A stretch of DNA of 64,000 nucleotides from Fimicolochytrium jonesii (GCF_025526975.1 NW_026515669.1:806001-870000), one strand, 5' to 3'. Counted from the stretch's first letter, positions 1 to 13,943 are shown. The notes: generated from the letters alone by a model not told the origin. Translations and numbers: made by a program.

Positions 1-289
1 TGCTGCTCGCGGCACTGCTGCCCGTGCCATTTCTGTGTTGCGCGTTGCCGTGACTGAGATAGCTGTTACTGCCTTGTGGGGTAGTGAGTTTCCCGGTCGT
101 TGCGAAGGTGTTTTCTGCCTGGTGACTTGATCGGCGTGATTTGCTTTGTTCGTCGGTGAGAACCTTAGAACCGCGGTGGCGAGTCGACGCAGCGGTGAGG
201 TACTGGGACGAGTCCTCAGGTAGAAGATCAGGGAGGGATTCTGCATTGCCGGTTTGATGCCCAGCCGCCTTCTTCTTCGTTTTGCCCAT
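1..289 (-). CDS. 5' end of a hypothetical protein running off the window (MGKTKKKAAGHQTGNAESLPDLLPED...)
   Basis: ATG at 289 and an open frame to the window edge; no recognisable domain. Confidence 0.4.
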   Translation of the reverse strand, partial: MGKTKKKAAGHQTGNAESLPDLLPEDSSQYLTAASTRHRGSKVLTDEQSKSRRSSHQAENTFATTGKLTTPQGSNSYLSHGNAQHRNGTGSSAASS

Positions 290-1587
290 TTTCGCAGGTG
301 ATTCGTTGAATGTGAAGTGAAAGCGTGTATGATCTAGCGAAGGAGCTCTCGCAGCAGTGAAATGCCTTGCTATGTGTTAGTAAGGTTTGCGGTCCCACGC
401 CTGATGGTACGGCGAGCGCAGACGAAAGTGAACTCGGTGGTTGTGGAGAAGGAGGTTCTCTGGGAGGAAACGGAGTGGTCGGTCAGCACTCAATCCTCCT
501 GGGTCGAACACCATTTCGGGGGGAACTTCCGAGACTGCACTATGTACTTACTTATTTTGGTGGCGAACAATGAGACGGTGAGTCTACCAAAGTCGGCAAG
601 TGGGTGGATGAACAATGGTGGCGGATGTGGTTGTGGTGATGAAAGTAAGCCACTGGGTGCACATTAGGATGACCCTGAGCCTTGAGGGGAGCTGAAATGC
701 ATTACGCGGCAGCAGACGCTGGCAGACGGAACCTCGTCATTTTCAGATTAGGGACTTTTCTGCATCCCCTCGGGCCTCCACCTTCGCATGTGAGATGCCC
801 GGCGCCTGCCACCCGGCCCTGGGGCCGTCCACAAGTGCTCATTCTAGGCGCCGTCCTCAGGTGTTCATGCGTATGTCATAGTCCTATCCTATTAAGTGGG
901 GTAGTATCCGTACGGCTTTGTGGCCAAATGCTGGCATTTGGGCATTGTGACAGGGCAGAATCCAACATTGCCCGACATAAAAGCATTAGCAGCGGGTGTT
1001 GTTGACGGTTATGAGCATGGTGCATCGCAACCATATCTCGTGGTACATATGTAGCTGCTCGATTCTGGAATATAAGGTCATACTGTTTTCCACTTTGAAA
1101 AGTCGTTTGGAAGGGCTGATGTGCCGCCTACAGCAATTTGGCATATATGCACGAAGGCATCCCGAAGCGCTCGGCGGGCCTCCTGAATGCACAGAAGTGA
1201 TTTGCATGCCGGATGGATGAAAGGTGCATCAAATGGCAGCGTAACATTCAGTAGGCAGAAATGTGGGATCGGATAGTTATCCCTTACCGCCCGCGCATGA
1301 AGCTGCAACAGACTGAGGATGGAAATGAAGAAGTCGACTCAAAGTCAACATATGATTTCAAAGAAGTGTTACAAAGACAAAGAGTATTCACGGACGATAC
1401 AAATGCTCCCAAAGTTACAACTACAGACTGCAATCGAACTAGTATAACAACAAGTATGCAATGGGGAATCCCAACAACGAAACGGAAGATACAAAATGCA
1501 AGAATGTTATCATGAAATATCTGCTGAAGGAACATTTGATGCACCCGAACCAAAGGTTCAAAAAAGTGCGACCTTCCGACTACGGGC

Positions 1588-2058
1588 TCAAGCGATCGGC
1601 GGGACACCAACCGGCGCGGTGTGCGCAGCAGTGCGCTTGCCAATGGGGCGCCAAGCGTAGAAAAGCTCAACGTTGAGTTGGGCCAGGTTGCGTCGCTCGC
1701 GAGCCGACGGCATTGCTGCTCGCCGGCGGGGCTTGGGGGCGGAAGGCGCGGTTTTTTGCTGCTTGGCAGGGCGATCGGGTGATGGTTGGGCCTCAATGTT
1801 GGTGAGGGACCCACGCTTGAGAACGGTGTCGCAGACCGGAGGCTTGGCAGCGAAGACAAAGGATCCGGCATGAGCTCGGGGATCGCAGGCGGCGAAGCCG
1901 AAGACGGGCAGGGCGGGAGGGGCTTTGTTGGCGCCGTCCATGCTGATGGCGCTGTCTCGGCGCATGGTCGCGGCAAGCATCTTCTCAGCGGGAACCGAGT
2001 TGGTCCAAGTCGAGGCTTGGAATAAGGAAGAGAAGTTCTGCTGAATGGTTGCAGTCAT
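1588..2058 (-). CDS. Hypothetical 156-aa protein with a basic C-terminal segment
   Basis: Single-exon ORF with an ATG start; TATATAAAG on the minus strand near 2197-2205. Confidence 0.5.
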   Translation of the reverse strand: MTATIQQNFSSLFQASTWTNSVPAEKMLAATMRRDSAISMDGANKAPPALPVFGFAACDPRAHAGSFVFAAKPPVCDTVLKRGSLTNIEAQPSPDRPAKQQKTAPSAPKPRRRAAMPSARERRNLAQLNVELFYAWRPIGKRTAAHTAPVGVPPIA

Positions 2059-3101
2059 TGTTGGAACTTCTGTGATTTATGTTTTGATCAAATTGGTTGT
2101 GTTATGACAGAGAATTCCTATTACGGTGAGGAATGCTGTGTGATGGGATTTGATCAATGCTTTGAGGTTTGACGGAGGGGATGGAAGCCTCTGTCCGCTT
2201 TATATAGACGGCGAAGGAATCCGAATGATCGAGGGAAATCCACATAGTCCTCTTGAATCGTGCGGAATTTGTCAATACGAGAGACGTACACGCAAGGATC
2301 CACCAGGGCAGGAGCGATTAGGGCCAGGGTAATGTGGCGGCTCATTGGCGGGAAACCAGTGGGTGCAGACTATGACTCGGTTGCGTCAGATGCCCACGCT
2401 CCGAAATGAGGAAAAGCCCTGCTCACATGCTGAAAGTCACTGAAAAACTGCGAGCCGCGCTTTCAATGGACGAACAATCTGAGGTCGGGATAGTCTTACT
2501 GACCAGGGCTGGATAAATATATTGGTCCGTGAAGTGTGTAGAAAGTAAGCTTTGTTTTCAGTGACTGTGAAACGACCCTGAGATTGCAGCAACAAACAAA
2601 TGGTTGACTAAGGTCTTATCACGGACGGGGTGCTGTGCACGTTCTAGCTTGAGATAAGCTTGGGAAAGAGTTGCGTTCGTCTAATGCCTACATGCGGGTC
2701 GTGGAAGTTTAAACTGCTGTCGGTTCGACGTCGGACTTGGTTACGTAACGGCCCAAACTCGCTGAGTCGGGCAGGTGAACTCACTCCCCGCCGTGGTTCT
2801 AGGGAGGGCGGATCCTTTCATTTCACTATGGAAATGGTAGCCTACTCAGCCGCATCATCACTAACGTCCCAGTAAACATTCCTGCTCCTCGAGTGTCTCG
2901 GTGTCTTACTGGGCCGTACTGTCAAAAAAAATGACAGGAAGTTTCAGGCCATCCAAGTGTTCGGTTCCCGGTCAAGGATGTTGCACTTTCGATTTCGGTT
3001 CTGCCAGCTATACGGGACTTTTGACCAAGTCGCCTAGTTGAACTCGGATAAAGTGAGATGCAACGGGAGGGCAGAATGTATGCGATGTAGGCAAGAACTT
3101 G

Positions 3102-6100
3102 CTACATCATTGATAGTGTTTTGAGACGGATGCTTGAGCAGGCTGCGACGTCACAATATCGCATTCGGTCCTCGCCGGGCCCCCAGAAGAATAACATCAG
3201 CGGGGCAAACGTGAATGTACGAAGTTCAGAGGCATATCGGTATATTCGAATCAAATTTACTCTACCATACACAAGAAGGTGCTGACACGGAAAGGGGTGC
3301 CAGAATCTGTATTTAGAGCGCATCCGTTGACTGCATGTAACCGGGGTATGATCTTACGCGAATTTTCCTTCTTCATTTGAATTTGAAGTTCTATCTGCGA
3401 CGGGCCGATTGTGCTGCCGGGAAACCCTGGATAAGAGGAGGAGTGAAATAAGCAAGGCGGAAAAAGCTATCAAAACCGATAGGTACGACTTACCGCACGG
3501 TCCCGTGCAGGATTGTCAAATTGAGGGGGGTAACCACCACTGCGATCTTGACGTCCCAAAGAGGAAGGTCCTCTGTCATCGAGAAATTCTGCATCTCGAG
3601 GGGTTCGAGGGGCCTGGGTGAAGGTAAAAGAAGATGATCAGCCCGAATCCCAGCCCCAGACCGACGGCGCGACGATTGCGCGAACGACTCCTGGAAACTC
3701 ACAGGTCGAGGATACGGCTCCATGCGAGCTTCACTGCGCCTCGCTGCAATATGCGATTCGTGCACCGGCCGGCCACTGTCAATAAAATCGCAATTAGTGT
3801 GAGCTGTGGGGATTCAGGACCGGCATATAACAGAAGCCGCGTCGGTCAACTGACCTTTCATTAGGCCATGGGCGGCCGTCTCTTTCCTTCGGTCGAGCAG
3901 TTTTATGATAACCCGCTTGGGCAGCCTCCCCAGCCGCTGGGAAAGTTCGAGGAGGAGTTCGCGGTCGCGCCGGCCCCGGAGGGGCGTGGGCATGGCCTCG
4001 ATCCGCCCTTGAATCTGGTGTATAAGCAGGAGTCTGCGCACTCCGGGAGTGGTCGCGATATTCAGCAGGGTCTGGACGGGAGAGGCCCGGTCCACCTGAC
4101 GGCTTGCGAGGACTCACTGTCGACTGCGCCGGAGGGTGGTAGGAATCCGACCGGCGTAAAGTTTCTTCTGCCGGGTGACGACGTTGAGATCGCATGTCTT
4201 CGACCGGCACAGGTAAAGGTCGCGGCGGACGGGTTTCGGACGCACTCAAGGGTCGCCCTCGTCTGTCATCGTCCCATTGCTGCTCTCGGTGACCTTGTTG
4301 AGAAGACTCACGCGGTCGCAGGTCTTGCGATGATGACTGACCGAGGTGCCGGCGCTCAGATTCTTTGGTGTGCGGTGGAATTTCTACGTTTCTTTGTGGA
4401 TATGGTTGGGACCGACGGTTCTCCTCGAAGCGTGCGTTGCCGGAATACGACGGTACCCCGTCCCCACGATCGACGAACGGGATATCTGCGCGGCGATTGG
4501 GATCAGCGGGGTGGCTTGGAGCTGGTCGTGCGTGAGAAGGCGGAAGGCGCTCTTGTGGTGACATCGCTGCAGGTGGTATGTGCCGATTTGATTCGCGGTT
4601 AATCGGGTCGCTGGATCGTGGGTACTCGGCTTCTCGCACGTCCGGTCTTCCAGGTGGGTATGAAGTGCGGCGTGTGCTTTCAGGCGGATGCGCTGTCATC
4701 TTACCACGTTCCCAATTCGAGTCTCGCCGAGAGGGCGGGTGGTCGTCGCGAAAGCTCTCCCTACGCAAAGGCGGCTGCATTGGTCGAGACGGAGCTGGAG
4801 CACTGCCCGTATCCCGGGGAGGTACAGGTGCTCGCCCGGGCTCGCGTCTGTTTGCATCATCCCGAATAGCCCCGGTTGTCCCAGCCTCATCTCTTCCCCT
4901 TGCCGGATGTGCCCCCAGGGGGGTCTCGGTGGTAAGTGGAGACGGTTCGCTATGCAACGGCCTTGGCCGGCGTTCGGGAACTTCCGTAGCATTTGCCCCG
5001 GAGGAAGTGGCTCGCCTCCCACCGTCTCCACGTCTAGAACCTCGCGGGGGCCTCTCCCTCACTCGAGATTCTTGCGGCAGCGAGGTGCGCTGAGGATTGA
5101 TCGCATTCTCAACGTAGCTGAGGCGCGATGGATGTACGGCAGGACCGACGGAAGGGGCGACATGGTGGTTGCTAGGCTCTCTTTCAGCCGCAAGGTTCAC
5201 TCGGCGTGATGCTTCAGGGGTTGGGCGGGTATCAATTGGGTGCGGACGCCTACGAGACGTTTGAGATAAGTATAGGGCAAATAGCATCTCAATATGCTAG
5301 AAGCCATGCCACAATAACATACATGTCTTGAGCGACAGCGTGAGCATCGCTCACTTGAATACCCTCCATTGGCACATCAGCTTCGAGTTTGCGCACTGCT
5401 GGTCGCGAAGGGGCAAGGGCACAGTCGGCATCCAGGACCTTGCAAAGAATAACGCCCACATCTTTGGAGAGCTCCTGAAATCGAGATGTCAGAATAGCAA
5501 GCTCAGAGCTAAACAACTGCTCTGCCCGCGCAACTCACCTCCTTCATAGTGAGTTTGATGTTACTTCCTCCCTCGATTTGGCGCAATGCTTCGCGCACTT
5601 TTCCTTGGTGAACGTCCCCCCTGCATCAAAAACTCAATCAGCAACATGACTCGAGTGCAAGTTCGAAATCGCTAGACCCACGTTCGTATCCATTGCACGC
5701 CAAAGGATTTCGCTCCATCAGCGACGTCTCCACGTTTATCCGCTTTCGCCTCTGCTGTCATCAGACCATATCCTACGATAAGGGCATCAATATCTGATAC
5801 GCGCCCGAATGGAAGGTCACATGAATATGTCCAACCTTGAAATCGTCTACTATTTTCCACCGTAAAGACGACGAGGATTTCATGACCGGACTGGATGCAA
5901 ATCATTTCAGTATGCTGGGAGCACTCTGGCATTTTTTTCAAAACAATACCTGGAAAGCGCTGTTCAGTAACGAAGACTTCGCATCGCTAGCGGAGAAAGT
6001 GCCCTGAGACATTCAAAGTGAGACAGTGAGCATATCGGAAGCACGGGCGGGGAACGGGCGGGTAATGTATGTACCTCTTCCTGAGATTTCTTGACCGACT

Positions 6101-8556
6101 CGTAGTCCGGAGCCGATAACAAAAAGTATCTGCTGGTCTTCGCTCGAGCTCCCCCAGGTTCCTCTATGATTTCAAGCCTGATTTTGAGCGTGTGATCTCT
6201 CCTCGGAAGCAGCGACTTGACACCACGCACCCTGCATCCTTGATGTAACCGCTCCTCGCCCTTCCTTTGCACCGGGCGAGCCTCGAATTGCGTCGTCGTC
6301 CGCTTCGAGTCCGCGTTTCCGTTTGTCCCCGGCGTGCTGGTGTCCATGGGTATTGGCTGAACTGTCTTCAAATCTCGGACCTAATCGCTGGGTGATAGCA
6401 GAGGGCCGAGTGCCTCCACTCAATCCCTCTGCGCCTTCGGGCCCTCGTCTGCTTCGACGCACTTCTGTTCGAGCCTGACCACCGGAGCTGTTTTGATTGT
6501 CGACTACGGGCCGTGCAGCTAGCGGTATGGCTTCTGCATCAGCGAGTTCAATGCCCAATGCTCTCAATCGGTCGGGATGCACCATCGGGGCAGGAGGCCC
6601 AGTTGTTTGCGATGTAGACTTGCTGGTGAGCGCTGCCGAGTTCACCTGCTGTTGATGGGTGGGGTGATTATGGTGAGATCGTGCACCCTGCATCCCAAGT
6701 TTTGCCTCCTTCAAAAGGAAGCCGACTAGCCGCTGCCTCATCCGGTCCCCGGCCAAAGTGCTCCACCGCAAACATCAGCTCCAGGCTAGATTTGCACTCG
6801 CAACCCTTTGTCCAACGGTGAGCCCGCCCTTAACGGTTTTGAACTGTGCGCGCGCGCCGTATGACGTCCTCATTCCAATTAGGGATGCCGTCAGGTGTGC
6901 GAGAGGTGCGCTTCCGCCTAACCAATCCGACGCCGGTCGCTCCTTCCACATCCTAGCTTTCCAAGTAACATACGAGTCACGTTTGGCTCAGGGGAGGGGG
7001 GGAGCGACAGCATGGATGGTCCCACGGTAAGGTACACATCGTGTGCTAACCCGCCGGATCAGAGGCTCGCCCATCTCAAACGCGCACAAAGTCTCGATAA
7101 CGAGACAATCGAGCTCTTCTTCCAAACAAGTGCGTTAACGAAGTATGTACCTTTTTTGCCAGGGTATCGTCAACGCCACGAGGATTAGGCTCGTCCTTTG
7201 ATCGGGTGTCTCTCGGGTCGGATCGATTCGACAGCTCTCGCTCCGCGTCTCTGCTCACCGGTAGGTCGTTTCCGTATGCTGATCGTGCTCTCCTTAAATC
7301 ATCTCGGGGATCTCGGATCCTCTCCGCTCGGTCAAAGGAGCGATGAGCACCCTCGTGACCTCGAGTGTTAGCAGGTGCCCGGATTTCGGGGCTGGAAGGC
7401 CCATCGCGTTTCAGATCGCTAGCTGACTGGTCCCTAGACGTACGCAAACGGGAATGGTCTTCACTCAGCGAATCACGGCGGCGCAGATCTGCTCCAGAGT
7501 TCCGACGTCGACTCGATCCCTCCGAAATTCGCCTGCTCTCCGGAAGATCGCCATGCCTACGCCGGTCTTCAACGAGTTTCTCCCGATCATATGATGCATG
7601 ATCCCTTGCCAAGGCTGACGCCGGATCTGTGATGAGATTTTCTAGCTTCAGCGGACAGCTCACGCTTCCAAGATCTGACTACCCACGCTAACCTTGCGCA
7701 TCTCCGGAAAGACGACGTGCCGACAATTGTGAATCTCTGATTTGCGTGGGTAGGTTCTCCGTAACCTCGCCTTCCCGATGTTTTCCATTCTGCAGCGCTC
7801 TCGAATCTCTTGCACTGAAGTTTTCATATATGCGTGACCTATCGCGAGTAACATCCTCTTGTCTGTTCGATGAACGGCGGTCACTGTACCGCTCCCGCAT
7901 TTGCTCCCGCTCCTTGTTCTCGCTATCCCGGGGCCAGATCCTATCATCACGCTCGCGCTCGCGCGGGCGTTCCCGTTCTCTTTCTTGAGGTCTCCACGAA
8001 TCAGGTTCATTCCGTCGCCTAGACTCACTTCCCGGTCCTTTCCTGTCGTCATCCTGAGGGCGCCACAAGTCGGGTTCTCTGGTGATTCTAACTTGCCGCG
8101 GAGCAGATGGCTCCTTTTCGAGCTCTGCGCGCCTTACGCCAGCCCGAGGATCACTCTGATCTGTCGACGGACGGGCTTCTCTCGAATCCAATTGCCGTTC
8201 AGGCTTGAAGGCTCGATCACGTTCTTTATTGAGATTGTCATTCGCGGACCCATCGGTGATTCGCTGATGATTGTCGTCGGACGATGGGGGAATTGATGAT
8301 TCTTGTGGCTTAGAGACTGGCTCCTCTGCTGACTCGGATTGAACGGACGTTTTCTGATTTGGAGGATCCGTTGGCTCAAGTCTATTGCTGGAAGCGTCAG
8401 CGGCGGTTCTCCCTACCATAGTAGCTTCATACAGTTCACATACCTTTCACGGGGACTAGCAACCTCCGAATGTGCTTGCTTTGCATCGTTGTCCTCAAAG
8501 TCAAGCTCGTCATCCTCATTTCCCAAGATATCGTCCAAGATGTTGAACGAATCCAT
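3102..8556 (-). CDS. Large multi-exon Arg/Asp/Ser/Pro-rich, mostly disordered protein, probably nuclear or RNA-related; 3' end uncertain
   Basis: Chain of same-strand ORFs (7688-8419, 7076-7663, 6172-6771, 5964-6371, 5672-5941, 5289-5516, 3794-5287, 3490-3765, 3102-3323) separated by GT..AG introns. First exon is MDSFNILDDILGNEDDELDFED, and RE/RD dipeptide tracts are present. Not every junction was verified. Confidence 0.55.
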
Positions 8557-9346
8557 TGCCCGGAGATCACGTTCCTCCACCTGAACAAAGAAAGGCTTCG
8601 TTGAGCAAGGAAGCCAGTTTCCAAGAAGCAAGTGAAAACCAATGAGAGAGCGTGGCTTCTAGTATACAGGGAGAAAGAGGCCTCGAGGCTCGCAGGCAGG
8701 CTCGCAGGCAGTCAAAGCGCACTCACACGTTTGCAACGGAGGCTAGTGAACTCTTCTTTCCACAAACTTCCACGCCGGCGTCAGTCAGCCCACTGGTGTG
8801 GCGTACAACTTGGCTATGAGGAGTAAAATAGAGAGCGATCCACCTCAGCGTGTGGAGTATATATGTGGCGAGGACGAGCTGATGAGCGTGCGATGTCGCT
8901 CTTTTTCGCACTGAGGCAGAAACAGAGAAACCTGGCTGTCGTCCTTCTCACCGCGGAACCCATGAGCGCAGTCGGCCCAGCCGTGTTCCACAGTACATTA
9001 AGATCCATCCCGGATTCTGATCATTCGCGGCAGCAAAGGGCCCATCATCCTAAACATCGTTTTAGCACGCGTTTCCTAAATACTGCAGTCTACATGCGAT
9101 AAATACAGGACAGTAATTGGCATATGAAACAGCTCCGGACGCTGCAATTTCCCGGATTGCCTTCAATATCAGCACAGCCCGTAGAGCTCTTGATTCCTCT
9201 ATACCAGAAGGCTCTCTGCCACACCGCTTAGTTGGTCACTCGATATAGTCGCTGCAGCTAGATTCGGTCGCTCTGTTTTCGGGGCACATCTCTTGTTTTT
9301 CCAAGTTCAGAACCAGTGTCCTTCCTTGGCCGGGCCGACGGACACG

Positions 9347-12300
9347 ATGGCAACACAATCAGTTTTACAGCCGCCTCCGGGTTCCGTCTTTGAGGACATT
9401 ATCAAGCCAGACCAGGACGACCGCTCGTACAGATTGCTGACTTTGGACAACAAGCTCCAAGCTCTTCTGATCTCTGACCCGAACACCGACAAGTCTTCCG
9501 CCGCTTTAGATGTCCATGTTGGGCATCTTTGCGATCCTGACGACGTCGCGGGACTCGCTCACTTTTGCGAGCATTTGCGTGAGTTCTCAGTTCCGTTTGA
9601 ATGGATGTCGGGATGGTGCATTAACAACTGTCCCCGAATATGAACGCGTTCGTCCAGTTTTCATGGTTTGTATACTTTTCCTGGGCCAAGAACTTTCCAA
9701 GACCTTGTCTAATTCTGCTTCAACTCTGTTTCACAGGGAACTGAGAAGGTACGCTAAGATCTTCCTCTTGTATTCTCGCCTTGCTATGCAACTTACGCTC
9801 TCCGATCACGCGCTACAGTACCCGGTAGAGAACGATTACAACCAGGTATCTTGGAGGTGGATCTTCATCTTAGTCCTTCCATTACGAGCCATCTTGACGC
9901 TCTTTGATGTATCAGTACCTGTCAGAGCATGGTGGACATTCGAACGCATTCACATCCGGTAGGTAGAACCACACTTGCACACGTCAAGCACTGCTGACGC
10001 GACATGGTGCACACGCTAATTTCTCATTTCTTTAGTGGAGAACACAAGTGAGTGGACGATTGCAGATACCCTTTAGAGCATTCAGCGGCTGAGGACCATG
10101 TTGCGCAGACTACTACTTTGAGGTCACCTCCGAACACTTCGAAGGAGCGCTGGATCGTTTCGCTCAATTTTTCATAACTCCTCTGTTTGCGGAGTCATGT
10201 ACGGAGCGTGAGATGAACGCAGTGGACTCTGAGCATAAAAAGAATCTACAGTCCGACAACTGGCGCCTTTATCAGCTCGAAAAGGACCTCTCTTCTCCGG
10301 GGCACCCGTTTCGCAAATTTGGCACAGGTTTGTATGGCATTCTCGGGGATGACTGATCGATACGGGATCTGACCTACCATATTTGCAGGAAATCTGGAGA
10401 CTCTGCGAGACATTCCACTGCAGAAGGGTCTAGATATTCGCAAAATCTTGTTAGATTTCCATAGCAAGTACTACAGCGCCAATATCATGAAGCTTGTCAT
10501 TTTGGGAAAAGGTACTTAACGGATTCGGATCTTTGATGAGCAAATGACGTGACGCTCAACAATTTTATAGAGCCCCTGGATACATTGGCTGCTTGGACAA
10601 CAAGCCGGTTTGCCGAAGTGAAGAACAAAGATATTGCCGTTCCATCGTTTACGGGTCATCCTCTGACACCTGTGGAACTGGGGGTGGGTACAGCATCCGC
10701 ATGGATTCTTAACTTCGCTTACGCTGACGCCCCCTGCAGAAAGAAATTTTGATTAAACCAGTGAAAGAACTCCGGCATCTGGAACTCACATTCCCTTTCC
10801 CGGATACCCGAACGTATTATCGATCTCAGGTTCGTGTTCATGGTTATGATTTCCGAGTCAGCCGAATCATGACGAACAAGGTCTTCATGCCAGCCCAGCA
10901 AATACCTTGCGCATTTGATCGGACACGAAGGAGACGGGTCGATACTCTCCTTGTTGAAAAGCAAAGGTAGCCCTCCTGTTGCACACTCGCTTTGAGCTGC
11001 GGTCACTACTCATGCGACGGTTATCAGGGTGGGCAATTGCTCTTTCCGCTGGGGTATCCCACGGAGGAATCAATTTCGATTTCTTCAAGGTCTCTGTCGA
11101 CTTGACATTAGCCGGCGTTGAGCACTACGAGGAGATCGTTCCCATCATCTTTCAATACATCGATATGGTGAAAAAGGACGGTGTTCAAGATTGGATTTTT
11201 CAAGAAGTGTGTATGGTGGAGAGCACCTGGAGACCTCTGTCTCGAATGTCATAGTCTGACCTTGACATTTCTCATAGTGCAAGCAACTTGCGACAATGTC
11301 CTTCCGTTTCAAGGAAAAGTCGCCTCCTTCTTCATACACATCGAGATTAGCGGGGCACATGCATGAATACCTGCCTGCTGACGTCCTTGCTGGTCCATAC
11401 TTGCTCTACGACTACGATCCGGATAAGATCAAGATGTGCCTGGACTATCTGCGGAGGGACAACTTCAGGTGATATATAAGCATCATTGTTAGTATCAATG
11501 ACGCGCTGGAAGGCTGACCTCTCGCGCACAGGCTCACACTCGTGTCCCCAGCACAAGACACAAAGGAGCCATTGACCTTTGAGAAAGCTCAGTGGTACGG
11601 CACTGAGTATGCCGTGAGAGATTTACCGGAAAATCTGCAAAAGGTGAGAGGCCGATATGCGATCTACACTTTTTTCATCGCTCTGATCACTTGACTCGGT
11701 TGTAGGCGCTTGCGAACAGCGGGGTAAATAATCCAGAGCTCCGCTTGCCGGCGCGAAATGAGTTTATCCCAGAGAAGTTCGACGTCCGGAAAAGCGAGAG
11801 AGAGGTAACGTATCCCTTAAGGCTTTCACCGTCAAGACGAATGTCTCATGAAGAAATGGACACGGGCAGCCATTACCACATGCGGAGATCATCAAGGACA
11901 CCAGCCTCACGCGTATGTGGCATAAGAAGGATGACGTATTCTTGGTGCCGAAGGCCAACGTGTGGTTCCAGTTGAAGAGGTATACAGTTCACGGACAAGC
12001 CCACATTTGGAGGAGAGTCCGCTCATGCAGTTCTCTTCCTACTCTGACAGCCCTATGTCATATGTGACTCCTTTGGCATGCACCTTGACGAGAGTTTACA
12101 CTGACCTGCTGAAAGACGCATTGAACGAGTTCTCCTACTACGCCGAAGTCGCAGGCCTTTCGTATGCTTTGGAGAACAACACGGACGGCATGGTGGTATG
12201 TAGGCTGCGACCAACGAAGTACTGTTCCAAGGATACCGCTAATCATTCACACATTCATATTTTCAGTTAATTCTTGGCGGCTACAACGACAAGCTTCCCA

Positions 12301-13943
12301 TCTTACTGACGAAGATTGTGGAGAAGATGAAGAGTCTCAAAGTGGATCCATTACGCTTCAAGTTTATCTGCGAACAGGTGCGCTTGAGTGCTTAAGTGAC
12401 ATTGCCTTACCCGAGTTGTTGGCTGATTCCCATCTTTACATTTAGGTCTGTCGATCATACAAGAACTGGGCGATGGAGTCCCCCCATCAGCATGCCATGT
12501 ATTACATCAGCCACCTCACGCAAGAGAAACTGTGGACCCATGAGGAAAAGTTGACAGAGCTCTATGGTCCGTGGCAAATGCTCAAGGAGTCAATTACACT
12601 TGCTTATGTTGACGCCCTATTTTATTCCAGGTATCAAGGCAGAGCACATTGAGGAGTTCTATCCACATCTCCTGAAGCACATGTATGTAGAAGGCCTTGC
12701 ACATGGAAACATTGAGGCTGAGGTGCGTAGGAATTTTTGGTTGGATTTCTGATCACGTCGGACAATTCGCTAATCGCTTAACCATTGGATATGTTGCAGA
12801 CGGCACTCAAGTTGGTGTCCATATTGGAGGATGCTTTCCAACCAAAGCCACTGCCTCACTTCCAGCGGTCTCAGACGCTTCGAACCCAATTGCTACCAAC
12901 AGGTGGGAATACTCCGATGAGGCTGAGAATCTGAGCCCTGCGACTTACCCTATCATCGTCAGGGATATCATATGTGCACACTCGGGAAGTCCCCAACGCG
13001 GACAATCTCAATTCTGCTATTGAATACTACATTCAAGTCGGAGATTTCACGGACACCACGCTTCGTGCTCACTTGAGCCTGTTCAGCCAGATTGCCCATG
13101 AACCAGCTTTCGATCAGCTAAGGACGAAGGAGCAGCTTGGTGGGTTTAGCAACGATCTGTAACCATCGCAAGTACTGAGCTAGGCCGTATTAACTATGTT
13201 CTGAATCACAGGATACATGGTCTTCAGCGGCCTGCGTAAAAGCACCGGCGCTATGGGATTCCGCGTCATAATCCAAAGTGAAAAGGACCCCGCGTTCCTG
13301 GAGACGAGAATCAATGCATGGTTGGACAGCATGCGGGTAGGATGCGGACTGTGTGTGCTTATCGGTTCCGGCGCAGTTCTAACGGTTGTCGCAACAGCAA
13401 ACTCTCTTGGACATGACTCCTGAAGAGTTCAAGAAACACCAGAACGCGTTGGCGGCGCGGTTGCTGGAAAAAGATAAGAACTTGGCGCAGGAGTCGCACC
13501 GGCTGTGGACACATGTATCCTCAAGATATTACAACTTTGAACAGCATGTTGAGGACGCTGCGCGGGTATGTGTGACTGTACCTGATCAATGACAGGCGCC
13601 GATTAGGAGTAATGACCGTTGTCCGGTTGTCTTACAGATTCACGAAGTTCAGCAAGCTGAGCTCGTCAACTTCTACGAGGAACACATCGCAGTCGGGTCT
13701 GCCTTCCGTCGTAAACTTAGTGTCCACGTCCGCAGCCAAAAGGCGGCGACCACCGAAGACCTGGACGAAGCGGTACAGAACGCAATCAAGGATGTCACGG
13801 GTGCGCCCAACACCGTCGTTATCAACGGTGAGGAGATGGCAGCGGACATCAAGGCCACTTGGGAGCTCAGCAAGGGCGCGTTCCCGAACAAGCCGGTCGA
13901 GGAATACAAGGTGAAGGAGTTGCAAGCAAAGACAAAGTTGTGA
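9347..13943 (+). CDS. STE23: Insulysin / insulin-degrading enzyme (peptidase M16A, Ste23-like), many exons
   Basis: Motifs [44 protein letters not shown] (HXXEH), [20 protein letters not shown] and [11 protein letters not shown]; ends ...QAKTKL-TGA. Confidence 0.95.

Noticed and set aside
3868..5209. Long plus-strand ORFs (244, 171 and 173 aa)
   Set aside because: Antisense to a GC-rich coding exon, with no domain features
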